A stretch of 64,000 nucleotides of DNA from Acetatifactor sp. (lineage in GTDB: Bacteria > Bacillota > Clostridia > Lachnospirales > Lachnospiraceae), in assembly GCA_045543175.1 (NCBI GenBank), contig JAZQMG010000056.1, positions 58,422 through 122,421 on the forward strand, given 5' to 3'. Numbering within the stretch: the stretch's first letter is position 1; each line of letters starts with the position of its first letter. Shown here in pieces: positions 45,819-55,599 of this stretch. The notes beneath the pieces are model-generated. The model saw only the letters and a list, made by a program, of their open reading frames with translations, ran no database searches and was not told where the DNA came from. Position numbers and translations under genes: made by a program.

Positions 45819-47096
45819 CTACAGCGCAATCTCCTTGCGCCACTTCTGATGTGTCGCAGGCCTGAAACTGCCAAATCCCAAATCCTCAATCTCCAACACC
45901 AGATTTTTCTCATCCGTAAGGAAAATTTTGGCTCCCATGCGACTCATTCCGGGCAACATATCCTCAAGTGCAATCCGCACACTTCTGCGCTCTCCGCCAA
46001 TCAGGGACGTAAGCAATAAGTCAAATTCATTGTCGCCCCTCTGATAAAATTCAAAGCTATGCTCCGCCTCATACCAGTTAACACCTGCATCCAGCAGTGC
46101 CACATAGGTCTCCTCACCCTGTTTAAGCATATTCATGCCGATATTCACCTTGAGCTTGTCCTGCCCCAGAAACACATGGGCTTTTCCTACATCACTGGGG
46201 CGCATTCTCTCCTGCATCGCCATGCAGGCACCCTTGCTGTAGAGATTGTTGCCCTGAAACACTCTCCGTCCCATACACAAAGTCCGCAGGGATTCCTTCA
46301 TCCACTCGTCGGAATAATGTTCTCCAATCAGATACACCGAGGAAACCGCTGTATTTCTAATCACCTGCGAAGCAATATCCTCAAACTCTCTATCCAGACG
46401 CTCCATCTTCTCCCGCTTAAGGGTTTCATCCTCCGGCATAGGCTCAAAGGGCGGCATATTATGTTCCCATGCGTCCACACTGCACACCACCGGTGTGGTA
46501 CGTCTGTTGCTGTCCATGCAGTAGGCCTGCACCTGCGTGCCCCGATACTCCAAAAGCAACACTCTGGTCTGCCTAAGCTCCGGTGCCTGTTTTATCACAT
46601 AATTATAAAAGCTCTCCGCATGACTCTGATAAAATACCTTGTCCGTCTTAAGATGCAGACTGCTCACCACCTGCTGCAGCACCTCTATCATCCTGCCATC
46701 CGGCTTGGCACAGGTAATCATCATACCTGCAAGCTTGTCCGGTGAGGACACCGAAGATACCATTCCCAGACTTCTCTTGACAAACAGTGCTAAAAGTGCC
46801 ACCGGATCAAAGGTCGTACCGTCAATCTGCACCGGCTCTCCGTCCAAGGCAAGCTGAAGCACATTCTCCACCAAAATGCCTGCGCCCTCCTCGGCACAGC
46901 GAATGGCCTCCTTGCCGTAAAACCACTGGTTTACCCCCTGCCTTTTACACAGAACCGTGGGAACATTATAGGATTCCTCTCCTGCAACAGAAGAAAGGGT
47001 TTCCACCTCTCCGTCACCCAGACAATAACTTATCTGTGAAAACTGCGCGCCAATATCGTAGCCCACCATCAATTTTCCATGATTTAAAATACCCAT
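45819..47096 (-). CDS. Degenerate Hsp70/actin-fold protein (recalled as DUF5716-like)
   Basis: VGYDIGAQFSQISY, VPTVL, WFYGKEA, MITC, SVYLIG, NLYSKGA are colinear with DnaK NBD motifs; AAGGAGGT RBS. Confidence 0.7.
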   Translation of the reverse strand: MGILNHGKLMVGYDIGAQFSQISYCLGDGEVETLSSVAGEESYNVPTVLCKRQGVNQWFYGKEAIRCAEEGAGILVENVLQLALDGEPVQIDGTTFDPVALLALFVKRSLGMVSSVSSPDKLAGMMITCAKPDGRMIEVLQQVVSSLHLKTDKVFYQSHAESFYNYVIKQAPELRQTRVLLLEYRGTQVQAYCMDSNRRTTPVVCSVDAWEHNMPPFEPMPEDETLKREKMERLDREFEDIASQVIRNTAVSSVYLIGEHYSDEWMKESLRTLCMGRRVFQGNNLYSKGACMAMQERMRPSDVGKAHVFLGQDKLKVNIGMNMLKQGEETYVALLDAGVNWYEAEHSFEFYQRGDNEFDLLLTSLIGGERRSVRIALEDMLPGMSRMGAKIFLTDEKNLVLEIEDLGFGSFRPATHQKWRKEIAL

Positions 47097-47139
47097 AAGT
47101 CCCACCTCCTTCACCGGGTTCCTTTACATTTATTTACAT

Positions 47140-50100
47140 CTATTGCAGTGCAAATAAATTCTGATACAAATACTCCCTGCGATAATACTCATCCAAAAGA
47201 CCATCCAGGGTATCATAATCCTCCAAGGTCTTGCTGATGATAATATCATTAATCATCTCATAACGCCAGTCTACGCCGTCACCGCGAATATCGCTCTTCT
47301 GCAAATTGCCGCTCTCCGTCAACTGCTCTTCGCCACCATTCTCCTCCATAATGTAGTACTGGAGATTCTCTCCGAAAAACAGCACAAACTCCTTAAAAAA
47401 GACACCACTGCAAATCTCACGCATAGGCTCCGTAAGATACTCCGAACTGCCTCCATCCTCCCGCATAATCACATAATGAATGTTTGCTTTAGAGCCGGAT
47501 TTCGCCCGATACTCCACAACGGTTTTGTCCATCAGTTCACGAAGAAGACTTTCTCTGGCAAAATGCAGACCAATATAATTTCTGAAAAAATTCAGGTGGA
47601 TTTTCTCTGCCAGAAACTCCTCCAAAAACTCCTCAATTACCGGAATATCCTTCTCCTGAAGCTGGTCAGTATTTTCTGCATAATATTTCAAATATGCCAA
47701 CTTACATACCCGCTGCAATTCTCTCTGCGTCTCATAAAGTCTGCCTAACTCCCTGAACACAATGACATCCATAAGCTGTTCCCTGACAAAATAATCATAA
47801 CAGCACCTGTCCAAAAAAGCCTCCGTTATACGGATATCTGCATCCCACGACACATAATAATCAAAAATATCCATCCTCTCGCCCACAAATGCCCCTGAAA
47901 AAAGCATCTGCACCAGAAGTCTCTCACTGAGAAGCCCTGCATCCAGTTCCAAGGAACGGGCTGCCTTCCAGATATCCCGAAGTTCTTTCGTAGGACACTG
48001 TGCCCATTGTGCCAGATATTGCACAATGCGACTGTCAAATTTCCGATAACGGAAACAATACAATGCCACCTGCAAAAGCATCTCGTCTCTGGCACCGTCC
48101 ATAAGTTCAATCTGCTCACCCACCAGACGCATCAAAGGTTTCGGCTCCACAAAATAGGGACCAAGCTCTAAAACCCACTCCCAAGCCTCCTCATTGCGTC
48201 CTCTGCGCACCATATAGCGGAAAATTTCACCTCGCTCCCCAGGTGATGATAACGCCTTGGGAATATTGTCCAGACAGGCATCCAAGGCCTGCATATTATC
48301 TGCATCATAATAATACCGAAGCATTTTCAGATATAATTTACGGCGGATGCGCTCATCCACATTATCATTGTCACATATACGAAGAATACAATCCTGCGCC
48401 TCTTCTGAGAGCAGCTCGGAATTTTGTCCATATTCGCTTCGATAGATGTCCAGCTCCACACAATCTGTCACATATCCGAAAATCATGCGCAAAAACTTGC
48501 CGGGAATCATCAACTTCTCCAAGGTATATTCCACAGAGGTTACAAAACGATTGTTATACGCATCCTCAAAAAGAATCGTACAATCATTTCCATAAAGAGG
48601 TATCCATGCTTTACCATCCACAAGGGGATATACCATCTCCCTCAGATTGCCGGGCTGATATACGATTACCTTGCGCAAACGCAAATCCTCCACACAGACA
48701 CTATGGGCAAATAAAAGCTTTGCCAACTGCCCCGCAGTATGCTCATTAACCATGGCAGGCACCAGAAGCTCCTGATAAAGTCCCGCCAAATGTCTGTTAA
48801 TGCGCCCCTTTTGAATCTGGTCCACCACAAAATATTCCATGCGGGGCTTGTAAGTCTCATACAATTCTCCCAACTCCAATTTGTGCTGTACCACATACCA
48901 ATACAGAAAGGCACTGTGTGTCAAATCCAAATTGGCCTGATAGGAAAAATACATTAACACAATTCTGGGAATCTCCACCACTTTCTGCATGTCCACAGAC
49001 ATCATATAATATTCATAAAGATTTGTAATGCGAAGCTGCGCCTTCACGCCTGCTTCATACCATTCAAAATATGACGGTCCCACACAGCTTCCCCGCACCA
49101 GCATGGTACAGATTTCCTGCAAAAACCGCACATCCTGCTGTTTCCCATAAATCCTCTGTAAAACTTTCAAAAGCACCGGACTGTAATCCTTGCTTCGACC
49201 AGCCAGATACAATACCTGCTCCGCAAGCTCCGGACTAAGTACCACCTGTTTGGAACCATAATTCAGAATCTGCAGGGTATCGCTGTCCAATTTGCGCAAA
49301 AGAGAGGGATTTCCATTCAACAAATGAAGTGCCTCTATGTAGAGAATGGGACTCTCACAACCTCTGGCAAATTGCTTCTCCAAAAACTCCCACTTCGTTG
49401 TAGCCGTCTTGTTATATTCTTCGGACAAATACAACAGCAACCACGCAATACGCCAGTCACTGCGGTCTCTTCCATACAGTTTTTCCACTCTGGCCGTTAC
49501 CTGATTGACATAATCCTCATCCCTCTGAATCAAGGTTGTCAGATACAAATAATAGGCATACAATGTGTTATGTTCTTCATCCATCTGTTCCAACATATCC
49601 ACCGCATGCTCCAAAACCCATTCTGCTTCATTGTAACGCTCCTCAGAGATCAGCAGTTGCGCCTGAAACAGCCGTGCTTCCACATCATCCTCATTACGGG
49701 CTACCATGGCCTCCACAATCTCCCCTGTCTCCTCAAGCCATGCAGCGGAACCGATTTTCTTCATCCGAAAATCCTGATAGGATGCCATTAACTGCACAAT
49801 TTCACGCTTCCGTTTCAGTCTTTCCTCCTGCCCTCCGGCTTCTTCGCCCATCTGAACCGTCACGGGAATTTCAATGGAAACATGCGAATTGTAAAGATAA
49901 ATGCGCCCATGGTTAAGTCCTTGTCTGCACAACTGTGTATCTATAAACACCGGAACCCTGCAATGATTATCCGTAAAATCCTCATCCCCCAAAAATTCCT
50001 TCTGGGTGAACACAAACTCTCCCTCACACTCCACATGAAGTGCCGTATATCCCCAACCGTTTCTCTTGATGTTAAGCTCCGTCTCTATCACGTCATAGGG

Positions 50101-50727
50101 CATGGATTCCAGTTCCATCCAAAGGGTATCTTCCCGCACCACAAACCCGGTTTTCTGCTTCTTGTTGATGCGTATCAGGAATTCTTCCACATTCTGTTCA
50201 TTGCCGGGATACACCGAAAGACCCCTGTAGCAATCATAAAACTGACTGTCGCTCCCCTCAAACACCTTCACAAACTCCGGTGAATAAAACAGCCCCACCG
50301 CCTCCTGCCAGTTACTCTTGGCAAGATTGGCAAAATGAAACAGATTCTTAATATTACCTACGGATGACTCCGGGGTCAAATATGCAACCGAAACCACAAA
50401 GGGAACATAATACTCCCCCTGATTGCTGACAATGCAGAAATTACCCTTTACCACGTCTCCCTCTTCCAGATTCTCCCCATGAAAGCGATAATAAATCTCC
50501 TCTCTGGCACCGGTAAATTCTAGTGTCAGACACTCCATTCGCATATCTGTGGTACTTACAAAACCATGGGTAAATGTATCATCTGCAGAATAGACATGAA
50601 AAGAGCCCTCACAGACTTCCCCCTTGTGCATGGTAAGTTCTACCTTAGCACATGAGAAGTCCAGAGAGCTGTTCTCATAATCATATTTACCTTCTAAAAT
50701 CTGATCTACAATTCCCTGCATTGCCAC
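47140..50727 (-). CDS. Large hypothetical protein (recalled as DUF5717-like): two Ig-like domains, helical/TPR repeats, beta C-domain
   Basis: Beta-rich N-terminal 300 aa ending IVSNQGEYYVPF / IEIPVTV; TPR-like AQLLISEERYNEAEWVL; C-terminal FFKEFVLFFGE.LQYYI. Confidence 0.75.
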   Translation of the reverse strand: MAMQGIVDQILEGKYDYENSSLDFSCAKVELTMHKGEVCEGSFHVYSADDTFTHGFVSTTDMRMECLTLEFTGAREEIYYRFHGENLEEGDVVKGNFCIVSNQGEYYVPFVVSVAYLTPESSVGNIKNLFHFANLAKSNWQEAVGLFYSPEFVKVFEGSDSQFYDCYRGLSVYPGNEQNVEEFLIRINKKQKTGFVVREDTLWMELESMPYDVIETELNIKRNGWGYTALHVECEGEFVFTQKEFLGDEDFTDNHCRVPVFIDTQLCRQGLNHGRIYLYNSHVSIEIPVTVQMGEEAGGQEERLKRKREIVQLMASYQDFRMKKIGSAAWLEETGEIVEAMVARNEDDVEARLFQAQLLISEERYNEAEWVLEHAVDMLEQMDEEHNTLYAYYLYLTTLIQRDEDYVNQVTARVEKLYGRDRSDWRIAWLLLYLSEEYNKTATTKWEFLEKQFARGCESPILYIEALHLLNGNPSLLRKLDSDTLQILNYGSKQVVLSPELAEQVLYLAGRSKDYSPVLLKVLQRIYGKQQDVRFLQEICTMLVRGSCVGPSYFEWYEAGVKAQLRITNLYEYYMMSVDMQKVVEIPRIVLMYFSYQANLDLTHSAFLYWYVVQHKLELGELYETYKPRMEYFVVDQIQKGRINRHLAGLYQELLVPAMVNEHTAGQLAKLLFAHSVCVEDLRLRKVIVYQPGNLREMVYPLVDGKAWIPLYGNDCTILFEDAYNNRFVTSVEYTLEKLMIPGKFLRMIFGYVTDCVELDIYRSEYGQNSELLSEEAQDCILRICDNDNVDERIRRKLYLKMLRYYYDADNMQALDACLDNIPKALSSPGERGEIFRYMVRRGRNEEAWEWVLELGPYFVEPKPLMRLVGEQIELMDGARDEMLLQVALYCFRYRKFDSRIVQYLAQWAQCPTKELRDIWKAARSLELDAGLLSERLLVQMLFSGAFVGERMDIFDYYVSWDADIRITEAFLDRCCYDYFVREQLMDVIVFRELGRLYETQRELQRVCKLAYLKYYAENTDQLQEKDIPVIEEFLEEFLAEKIHLNFFRNYIGLHFARESLLRELMDKTVVEYRAKSGSKANIHYVIMREDGGSSEYLTEPMREICSGVFFKEFVLFFGENLQYYIMEENGGEEQLTESGNLQKSDIRGDGVDWRYEMINDIIISKTLEDYDTLDGLLDEYYRREYLYQNLFALQ

Positions 50728-50795
50728 TTTCCCACCTTGTATAACATACTACCTATCAGTATACCAAAAATCATGACAAAGGGCAAATAATTCTT

Positions 50796-51656
50796 TTATT
50801 CCATATTCAGCTTCTTGCTCAAAATATGATGAGATACAAAATAAAATACAATCAACATAATTACAGAGGTAACCAGACTTGCATCATAGGTCATTGCAAT
50901 ACTGGGTGCGGTATTTGTCACACTGGAGACTGCCATACCACCAAAGGTGCAGACCATGCTGATAATATAACTGATTATGCCATTTACCATACAGATACCA
51001 AAATATGCAAGAATACCCATCAATGCTCTGTATTTCGATGCAAGCTGACCGATGGTAATTGCACCAAACAACGTCATCATAGTGCTAATCGGCGTAATAA
51101 TCATCACAAGAATCAGAGAAATAATCACATGAATAATTTCAAATCCCATCTCTGAGCCCAATACATACAGCAAATCCTTCCACATCTCTCCTAGTTCTTC
51201 CTGAAATCCCATTGCTCCGCTCATGGAAAGCATCATTGCTACCATAAGAATGACAATGGAAATTCCCATGCCGATACTGATAAGAGCATACCAGATTCCG
51301 GCATTTGTAACCTTACTGATAATAAGCTGTCTGGGTGTAACAGGTAAAGTATGTGTCAAATAACCTTCATCTGAATACATTGTCTTGTAAAAATGTACCC
51401 CCATGTAAATCAACATGCCATAAACCACACCCATCAGTGTCAGTATATAAACCATCATGGTACTCATAGTTACAATCATGGTGATTATCGTACCAATTGT
51501 CTCTTCATCAGAGTAGCTGGAACTTTCCGTCAGGGTAGAAAAAGGAAGTGCAAAACCAACTACCCCCAACAGTGTTACGGCTACAAGCGCAAGCAGCATC
51601 AGCCCACCCATTTTACTGGTTGTTTTCCACTCATATTTAAATAATTTCTTTAACAT
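50796..51656 (-). CDS. ABC-2 type permease
   Basis: MLKKLFKYEWK, SDEGYLTHTLPV..SK; about 6 TMs. Confidence 0.85.
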   Translation of the reverse strand: MLKKLFKYEWKTTSKMGGLMLLALVAVTLLGVVGFALPFSTLTESSSYSDEETIGTIITMIVTMSTMMVYILTLMGVVYGMLIYMGVHFYKTMYSDEGYLTHTLPVTPRQLIISKVTNAGIWYALISIGMGISIVILMVAMMLSMSGAMGFQEELGEMWKDLLYVLGSEMGFEIIHVIISLILVMIITPISTMMTLFGAITIGQLASKYRALMGILAYFGICMVNGIISYIISMVCTFGGMAVSSVTNTAPSIAMTYDASLVTSVIMLIVFYFVSHHILSKKLNME

Positions 51657-52375
51657 GCGAACACCTCCCTGAAATAAGCACCTACAGACTTGCCCTTCTG
51701 CTCACGAATATTATCCACACAGGTATAAAGCACAAGCTTGCCATAACGCATAAAGACCACTTCATCCAATACCTGCTCAATATCGCTGATTAAGTGCGTT
51801 GAAATCAAAACAGTAGCCTCCGGATTATAATTGTTGATAATGGTGCGAAGAATATAGTCTCTTGCAGCCGGGTCAACACCCGCAATAGGCTCATCCAGAA
51901 TATACAAATCTGCATTTCTGCTCATCACAAGAATCAACTGCACCTTCTCCTTAGTACCCTTAGAAAGATTCTTCATGCGTGAAGCCGGGTCAATCCCCAG
52001 ACTTCCCAACATATCCATTGCTTTGTCTCTGGAAAAATCCGGATAAAAGTCCACAAAATAATCCAAAATCTGATTTACCGTCTTGTTGCCGGTAAGATAG
52101 GTTCTGTCAGGCAAATAGGCCACTCTTTCCTTTGTTGCCGGACCGATGCTCATCCCATTAATCAGTATTTTACCACTGGTGGGCTTCAAAAGACCATTCA
52201 GCATCTTAATCAACGTGGTCTTACCACTTCCGTTAGGTCCCAAAAGACCTATGATTCTGCCCTTTGGCAAAGTCAGACTTACATTGTCCACTGCGGCAAC
52301 CTTGCCATCGTAGGACTTCGTCACTTCTGTGAGTTCTACTAAATTGCTCATATTCTCCCTCATTTCTGCCGACAT
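51650..52375 (-). CDS. ABC ATP-binding protein (YtrB-like)
   Basis: GPNGSGKTT, LSKG signature, LDEPIAGVD. Confidence 0.92.
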   Translation of the reverse strand: MSAEMRENMSNLVELTEVTKSYDGKVAAVDNVSLTLPKGRIIGLLGPNGSGKTTLIKMLNGLLKPTSGKILINGMSIGPATKERVAYLPDRTYLTGNKTVNQILDYFVDFYPDFSRDKAMDMLGSLGIDPASRMKNLSKGTKEKVQLILVMSRNADLYILDEPIAGVDPAARDYILRTIINNYNPEATVLISTHLISDIEQVLDEVVFMRYGKLVLYTCVDNIREQKGKSVGAYFREVFAC

Positions 52376-52399
52376 ACGTCAGCGCCTTCCATAAATAAA

Positions 52400-52765
52400 C
52401 TAAACCGCTTCAAAACTGCGCTCCAAAAGACGAATAATCTGCTCTCCGGTAAATCCCAAATCCTTCATCCTGCTGACAAATACCGCTACATGCGACCTAG
52501 CCATCTCGTTGCGTATATTCTCGATCAACTCCACATCTTCCGTAACAGTTCTGCCATTTGTTCGCTGAGTCACAATCAATCCGCTTCTCTCCAGCTCGGC
52601 AAATGCCTTCTGCATGGTATTTGGATTGACTGCAGCCTCCGCTGACAAATCCCTCACCGTAGGAAGCTTCCCCCCGGGAGGATAGTATCCCGAAACAATC
52701 TGCATCTGAATACGCTCTACCAACTGTGCATAAATCGGTCTGTCAGAATCCATGTTCCACGCCAT
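52400..52765 (-). CDS. GntR regulator, YtrA subfamily
   Basis: RPIYAQL, LPTVRDLS, VNPNTMQKAF.ELE. Confidence 0.92.
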   Translation of the reverse strand: MAWNMDSDRPIYAQLVERIQMQIVSGYYPPGGKLPTVRDLSAEAAVNPNTMQKAFAELERSGLIVTQRTNGRTVTEDVELIENIRNEMARSHVAVFVSRMKDLGFTGEQIIRLLERSFEAV

Positions 52766-52788
52766 CCGCTCACATCCTTTCTGTTTGC

Positions 52789-52817
52789 TTGTATTAGGTT
52801 TGTAATACAATAGTACA
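52789..52817. promoter_or_regulatory. YtrA-type operator
   Basis: TGTACTATTGTATTA-CAAACC-TAATACAA (minus strand) just upstream of the GntR gene. Confidence 0.7.
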
Positions 52818-52847
52818 GTAAGACAAATAATTTGTCAAGTACCTGTC

Positions 52848-52873
52848 ACTAAATTTTTTAAAAAGCATATATT
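52848..52873 (+). promoter_or_regulatory. SigK/SigE-like promoter of sleC-like gene
   Basis: AC-N16-CATATATT. Confidence 0.5.
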
Positions 52874-52904
52874 TATGACAACAAACTTTATAAAAGGTAG
52901 TTTT

Positions 52905-54200
52905 ATGGATATTTTAACAGATACAAATAATGATACTACACCTTCTGCCTCCACTGAAGCAAACAACAATGCGGATTCCGGTTCTCTGCGTGTAAACGTT
53001 ATCTCCTCCATCGGCATGATTCCGATAGAAAATGCAACGGTTGTTATCAGTTATACCAGAGACCCCGAAACGATTCTACAGACACTGACCACGGACAGCT
53101 CCGGTCAGACACCTGTGATCACCCTGCCTACACCGCCAATCTCCCTTTCGCTGTCCCCCGGTGCGGAATTTAAGCCCTACTCGGAATACAACATTACCGT
53201 GACCGCCGAAGGATACGAGCCGGTGTTGGTGTCCGGATCAGAGCTTTTGTCCGGCGAACTGTCACTTCAACCGATTGTCATGAATCCCTTGGCAACCACG
53301 GATGAACCTGAGAAAATTGTTGTTATCCCTGTTCATACCCTATTCGGCGATTACCCTCCCAAGATACCGGAGGACGAGATAAAACCCATGGACGAAAGCG
53401 GAGAAATTGTTTTAAGCCGTGTGGTGATTCCGGAATACATCATTGTCCATGACGGAGTACCCTCAGACTCCTCCGCAACCAATTACTGGGTGCGCTACAA
53501 AGATTACATCAAAAATGTAGCCTCCTGCGAAATCTACTCGACTTGGCCGGAGGCTGCAATTTATGCCAATATTCTGGTAATCATGTCCGTTACCCTCAAC
53601 AGGGTTTACACGGAGTGGTACCGCGGTCAGGGTTACCCCTTCACCATTACCTCTTCCACCGCTTATGACCAAAAATGGATCTACGGACGCAATATTTTTG
53701 AAAACATCGACTATCTGGTGGATACTATTTTTGCCAACTATCTGGCACGTCCCGGGGTACGTCAGCCCATTTTCACATCTTATTGTGATGGGGACCGCGT
53801 AAACTGTAACGGTTTGAGCCAGTGGGGTTCCAAATATCTGGCCGAGGAAGGCTACTCAGCCATCGAAATTATCCGTTATTACTACGGCAACGACATGTAT
53901 ATCGCCACTGCGGATATGATTTCCGGTGTGCCCTCCTCCTATCCCGGTTATGCTTTAAGCACCGGAGCTTCCGGGGATAAAGTGCGTCAACTGCAAAATC
54001 AGTTAAACCGCATTGCCCGCAATTATCCGGCCATTCCTACTGTTACAGCAGACGGTATTTATGGCCCTGCCACCGCCCAGAGTGTGCGTGTGTTCCAAAG
54101 TATTTTTAATCTCCCTCAAACCGGTGTCACAGACTACGCCACCTGGTATGAAATCTCGGATATTTATGTAGGTGTTACCCGAATCGCCGAGCCGGGATGA
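52905..54200 (+). CDS. sleC: Spore cortex-lytic enzyme SleC-like (pro-region, SpoIID-like catalytic domain, PG-binding domain)
   Basis: VIPEYIIVHDG, YIKNVASCEIYSTWP, LNRVYTEWY, ITSSTAYDQ, LSQWGS; PG-binding DGIYGPAT..V..FQ. Confidence 0.85.
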   Translation: MDILTDTNNDTTPSASTEANNNADSGSLRVNVISSIGMIPIENATVVISYTRDPETILQTLTTDSSGQTPVITLPTPPISLSLSPGAEFKPYSEYNITVTAEGYEPVLVSGSELLSGELSLQPIVMNPLATTDEPEKIVVIPVHTLFGDYPPKIPEDEIKPMDESGEIVLSRVVIPEYIIVHDGVPSDSSATNYWVRYKDYIKNVASCEIYSTWPEAAIYANILVIMSVTLNRVYTEWYRGQGYPFTITSSTAYDQKWIYGRNIFENIDYLVDTIFANYLARPGVRQPIFTSYCDGDRVNCNGLSQWGSKYLAEEGYSAIEIIRYYYGNDMYIATADMISGVPSSYPGYALSTGASGDKVRQLQNQLNRIARNYPAIPTVTADGIYGPATAQSVRVFQSIFNLPQTGVTDYATWYEISDIYVGVTRIAEPG

Positions 54201-54231
54201 CCTTGTAATAATTTCCGCCCTCGGGTTTGGT

Positions 54232-55029
54232 TTACATCTTCCGATATTTCTCCCATCTCTCGGGAGAAATATCGGAAGCCGTAACCAGACATTCCGGGTC
54301 CGGTGCCAACACATGCCTTGTAACTTCAAAAATACCTCTCGCATCACACAAAAGACACTCTGCATCTCCAAATTGTACTTTTCTGACCACACTACAATCT
54401 ATGAACGCCTGATTTAATTTCACGAAATCCTCTGAAATATGGGGTTGCTGTGCATTGTAATGCTTGCGCATGTAAACGTTACGCCTGCTGCCGTCAGGCA
54501 TACATATCTCCAATTCCATGGGCTTATCTGCCAGACGGTTTGGAATATTAAGTACCTCCTCCACGCTATGGATAAAGGTATTTCTCTCATGTCCCACGCC
54601 TACCAGCAAAATCTTACCATTCCTGTCACGCAGCCTGTCATAACACCCTCCCGGCGTACAGGGTGTGTTACAAAACTCCTCCCCTGCAACATATTCCGCT
54701 GCATCCTTGCCGTATGCAGCCATACTGTGAGTGGGATGCAAAGAGCGCACCACTCCCTGACGCTTACGAAACAAATTGGTCAAAAGCCCCACACAACTCT
54801 CCGTATTTACGGGATCATACAGAGGATTATCCATGTTGACATTGGCCCATGTATGTGTGGGCAAAAGTAAAAGCCCTTCTGCAAAATATTCCTGCCAGAC
54901 ATCCAACACCGTATCCGCTCCGCCCTCCACATCTCCAATAGACTTCATTGAAGAGTGAATCAGCACGGTGTCCGTCTGCTTTAATCCCATCTGCTTCAGT
55001 TGTTCTTTAAGTGTAATTTTGGCATACAT
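54232..55029 (-). CDS. AAC(3)/YokD-family N-acetyltransferase
   Basis: LIHSSMKSIG, LPTHT, RSLHPTHS, NTFIH..EE. Confidence 0.85.
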   Translation of the reverse strand: MYAKITLKEQLKQMGLKQTDTVLIHSSMKSIGDVEGGADTVLDVWQEYFAEGLLLLPTHTWANVNMDNPLYDPVNTESCVGLLTNLFRKRQGVVRSLHPTHSMAAYGKDAAEYVAGEEFCNTPCTPGGCYDRLRDRNGKILLVGVGHERNTFIHSVEEVLNIPNRLADKPMELEICMPDGSRRNVYMRKHYNAQQPHISEDFVKLNQAFIDCSVVRKVQFGDAECLLCDARGIFEVTRHVLAPDPECLVTASDISPERWEKYRKM

Positions 55030-55104
55030 CTTATACTTCCCCTTTTGTCTTTATACTACTAATTCTGGCGCACACCAAAGTTTTTAACGTCGTAATGCTC
55101 CATC

Positions 55105-55551
55105 TTATCTCTCTGCAATTTCTGTAATTTCGCTAATTGGTATCTCTATTCCATCGGACATCACAATCAACTGTTCATATTCCTTCAACTTTCTGACCAC
55201 ACCGGTGACAGTAACATAGGCTCCTCCCGCTTTACGCTCATCCGGCACAAAATAAGTAACCGCCACCTGCCTATTTTCACTTTTGTCCGAATTCTGCAAC
55301 TGCTCCTGTAACTGCATTTTCAGCTTGTTTAGCTGCACATTCACAGCCTCTTTGCTATACTCGTCCAACTCGATTCTCTCATCCGTAATCCTTGCAGTCT
55401 CCTTCACTGCATCCTCATAACCTGTCAATGCCGCAAAGGGTGAAAATTGTGCAGCCCTATCCTCCACAGGCATATGGGGCCTCGTAGCCGACTGATGGTG
55501 AGGCAAATTAATGATATCGGCATATTTTTCATAATTACCAGTAGGACTCAT
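55105..55551 (-). CDS. YolD-like protein
   Basis: YADIINLPHH.S..RPHM..DRAAQFSPFAALTG, YFVPD..K.GG.Y. Confidence 0.85.
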   Translation of the reverse strand: MSPTGNYEKYADIINLPHHQSATRPHMPVEDRAAQFSPFAALTGYEDAVKETARITDERIELDEYSKEAVNVQLNKLKMQLQEQLQNSDKSENRQVAVTYFVPDERKAGGAYVTVTGVVRKLKEYEQLIVMSDGIEIPISEITEIAER

Positions 55552-55599
55552 GTACTACCTCCCTGTTATCCATTACCCCTCTATACTACCTATTTGCTG

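Noticed and set aside
45819-47096. Wadjet JetA or canonical dnaK
   Set aside because: No SMC/JetC or Toprim partner, no grpE/dnaJ, and the DnaK catalytic motifs are lost.
54232-55029. Aminoglycoside resistance gene
   Set aside because: AAC(3)/YokD fold only; chromosomal homologues often lack resistance activity and there is no mobile context.
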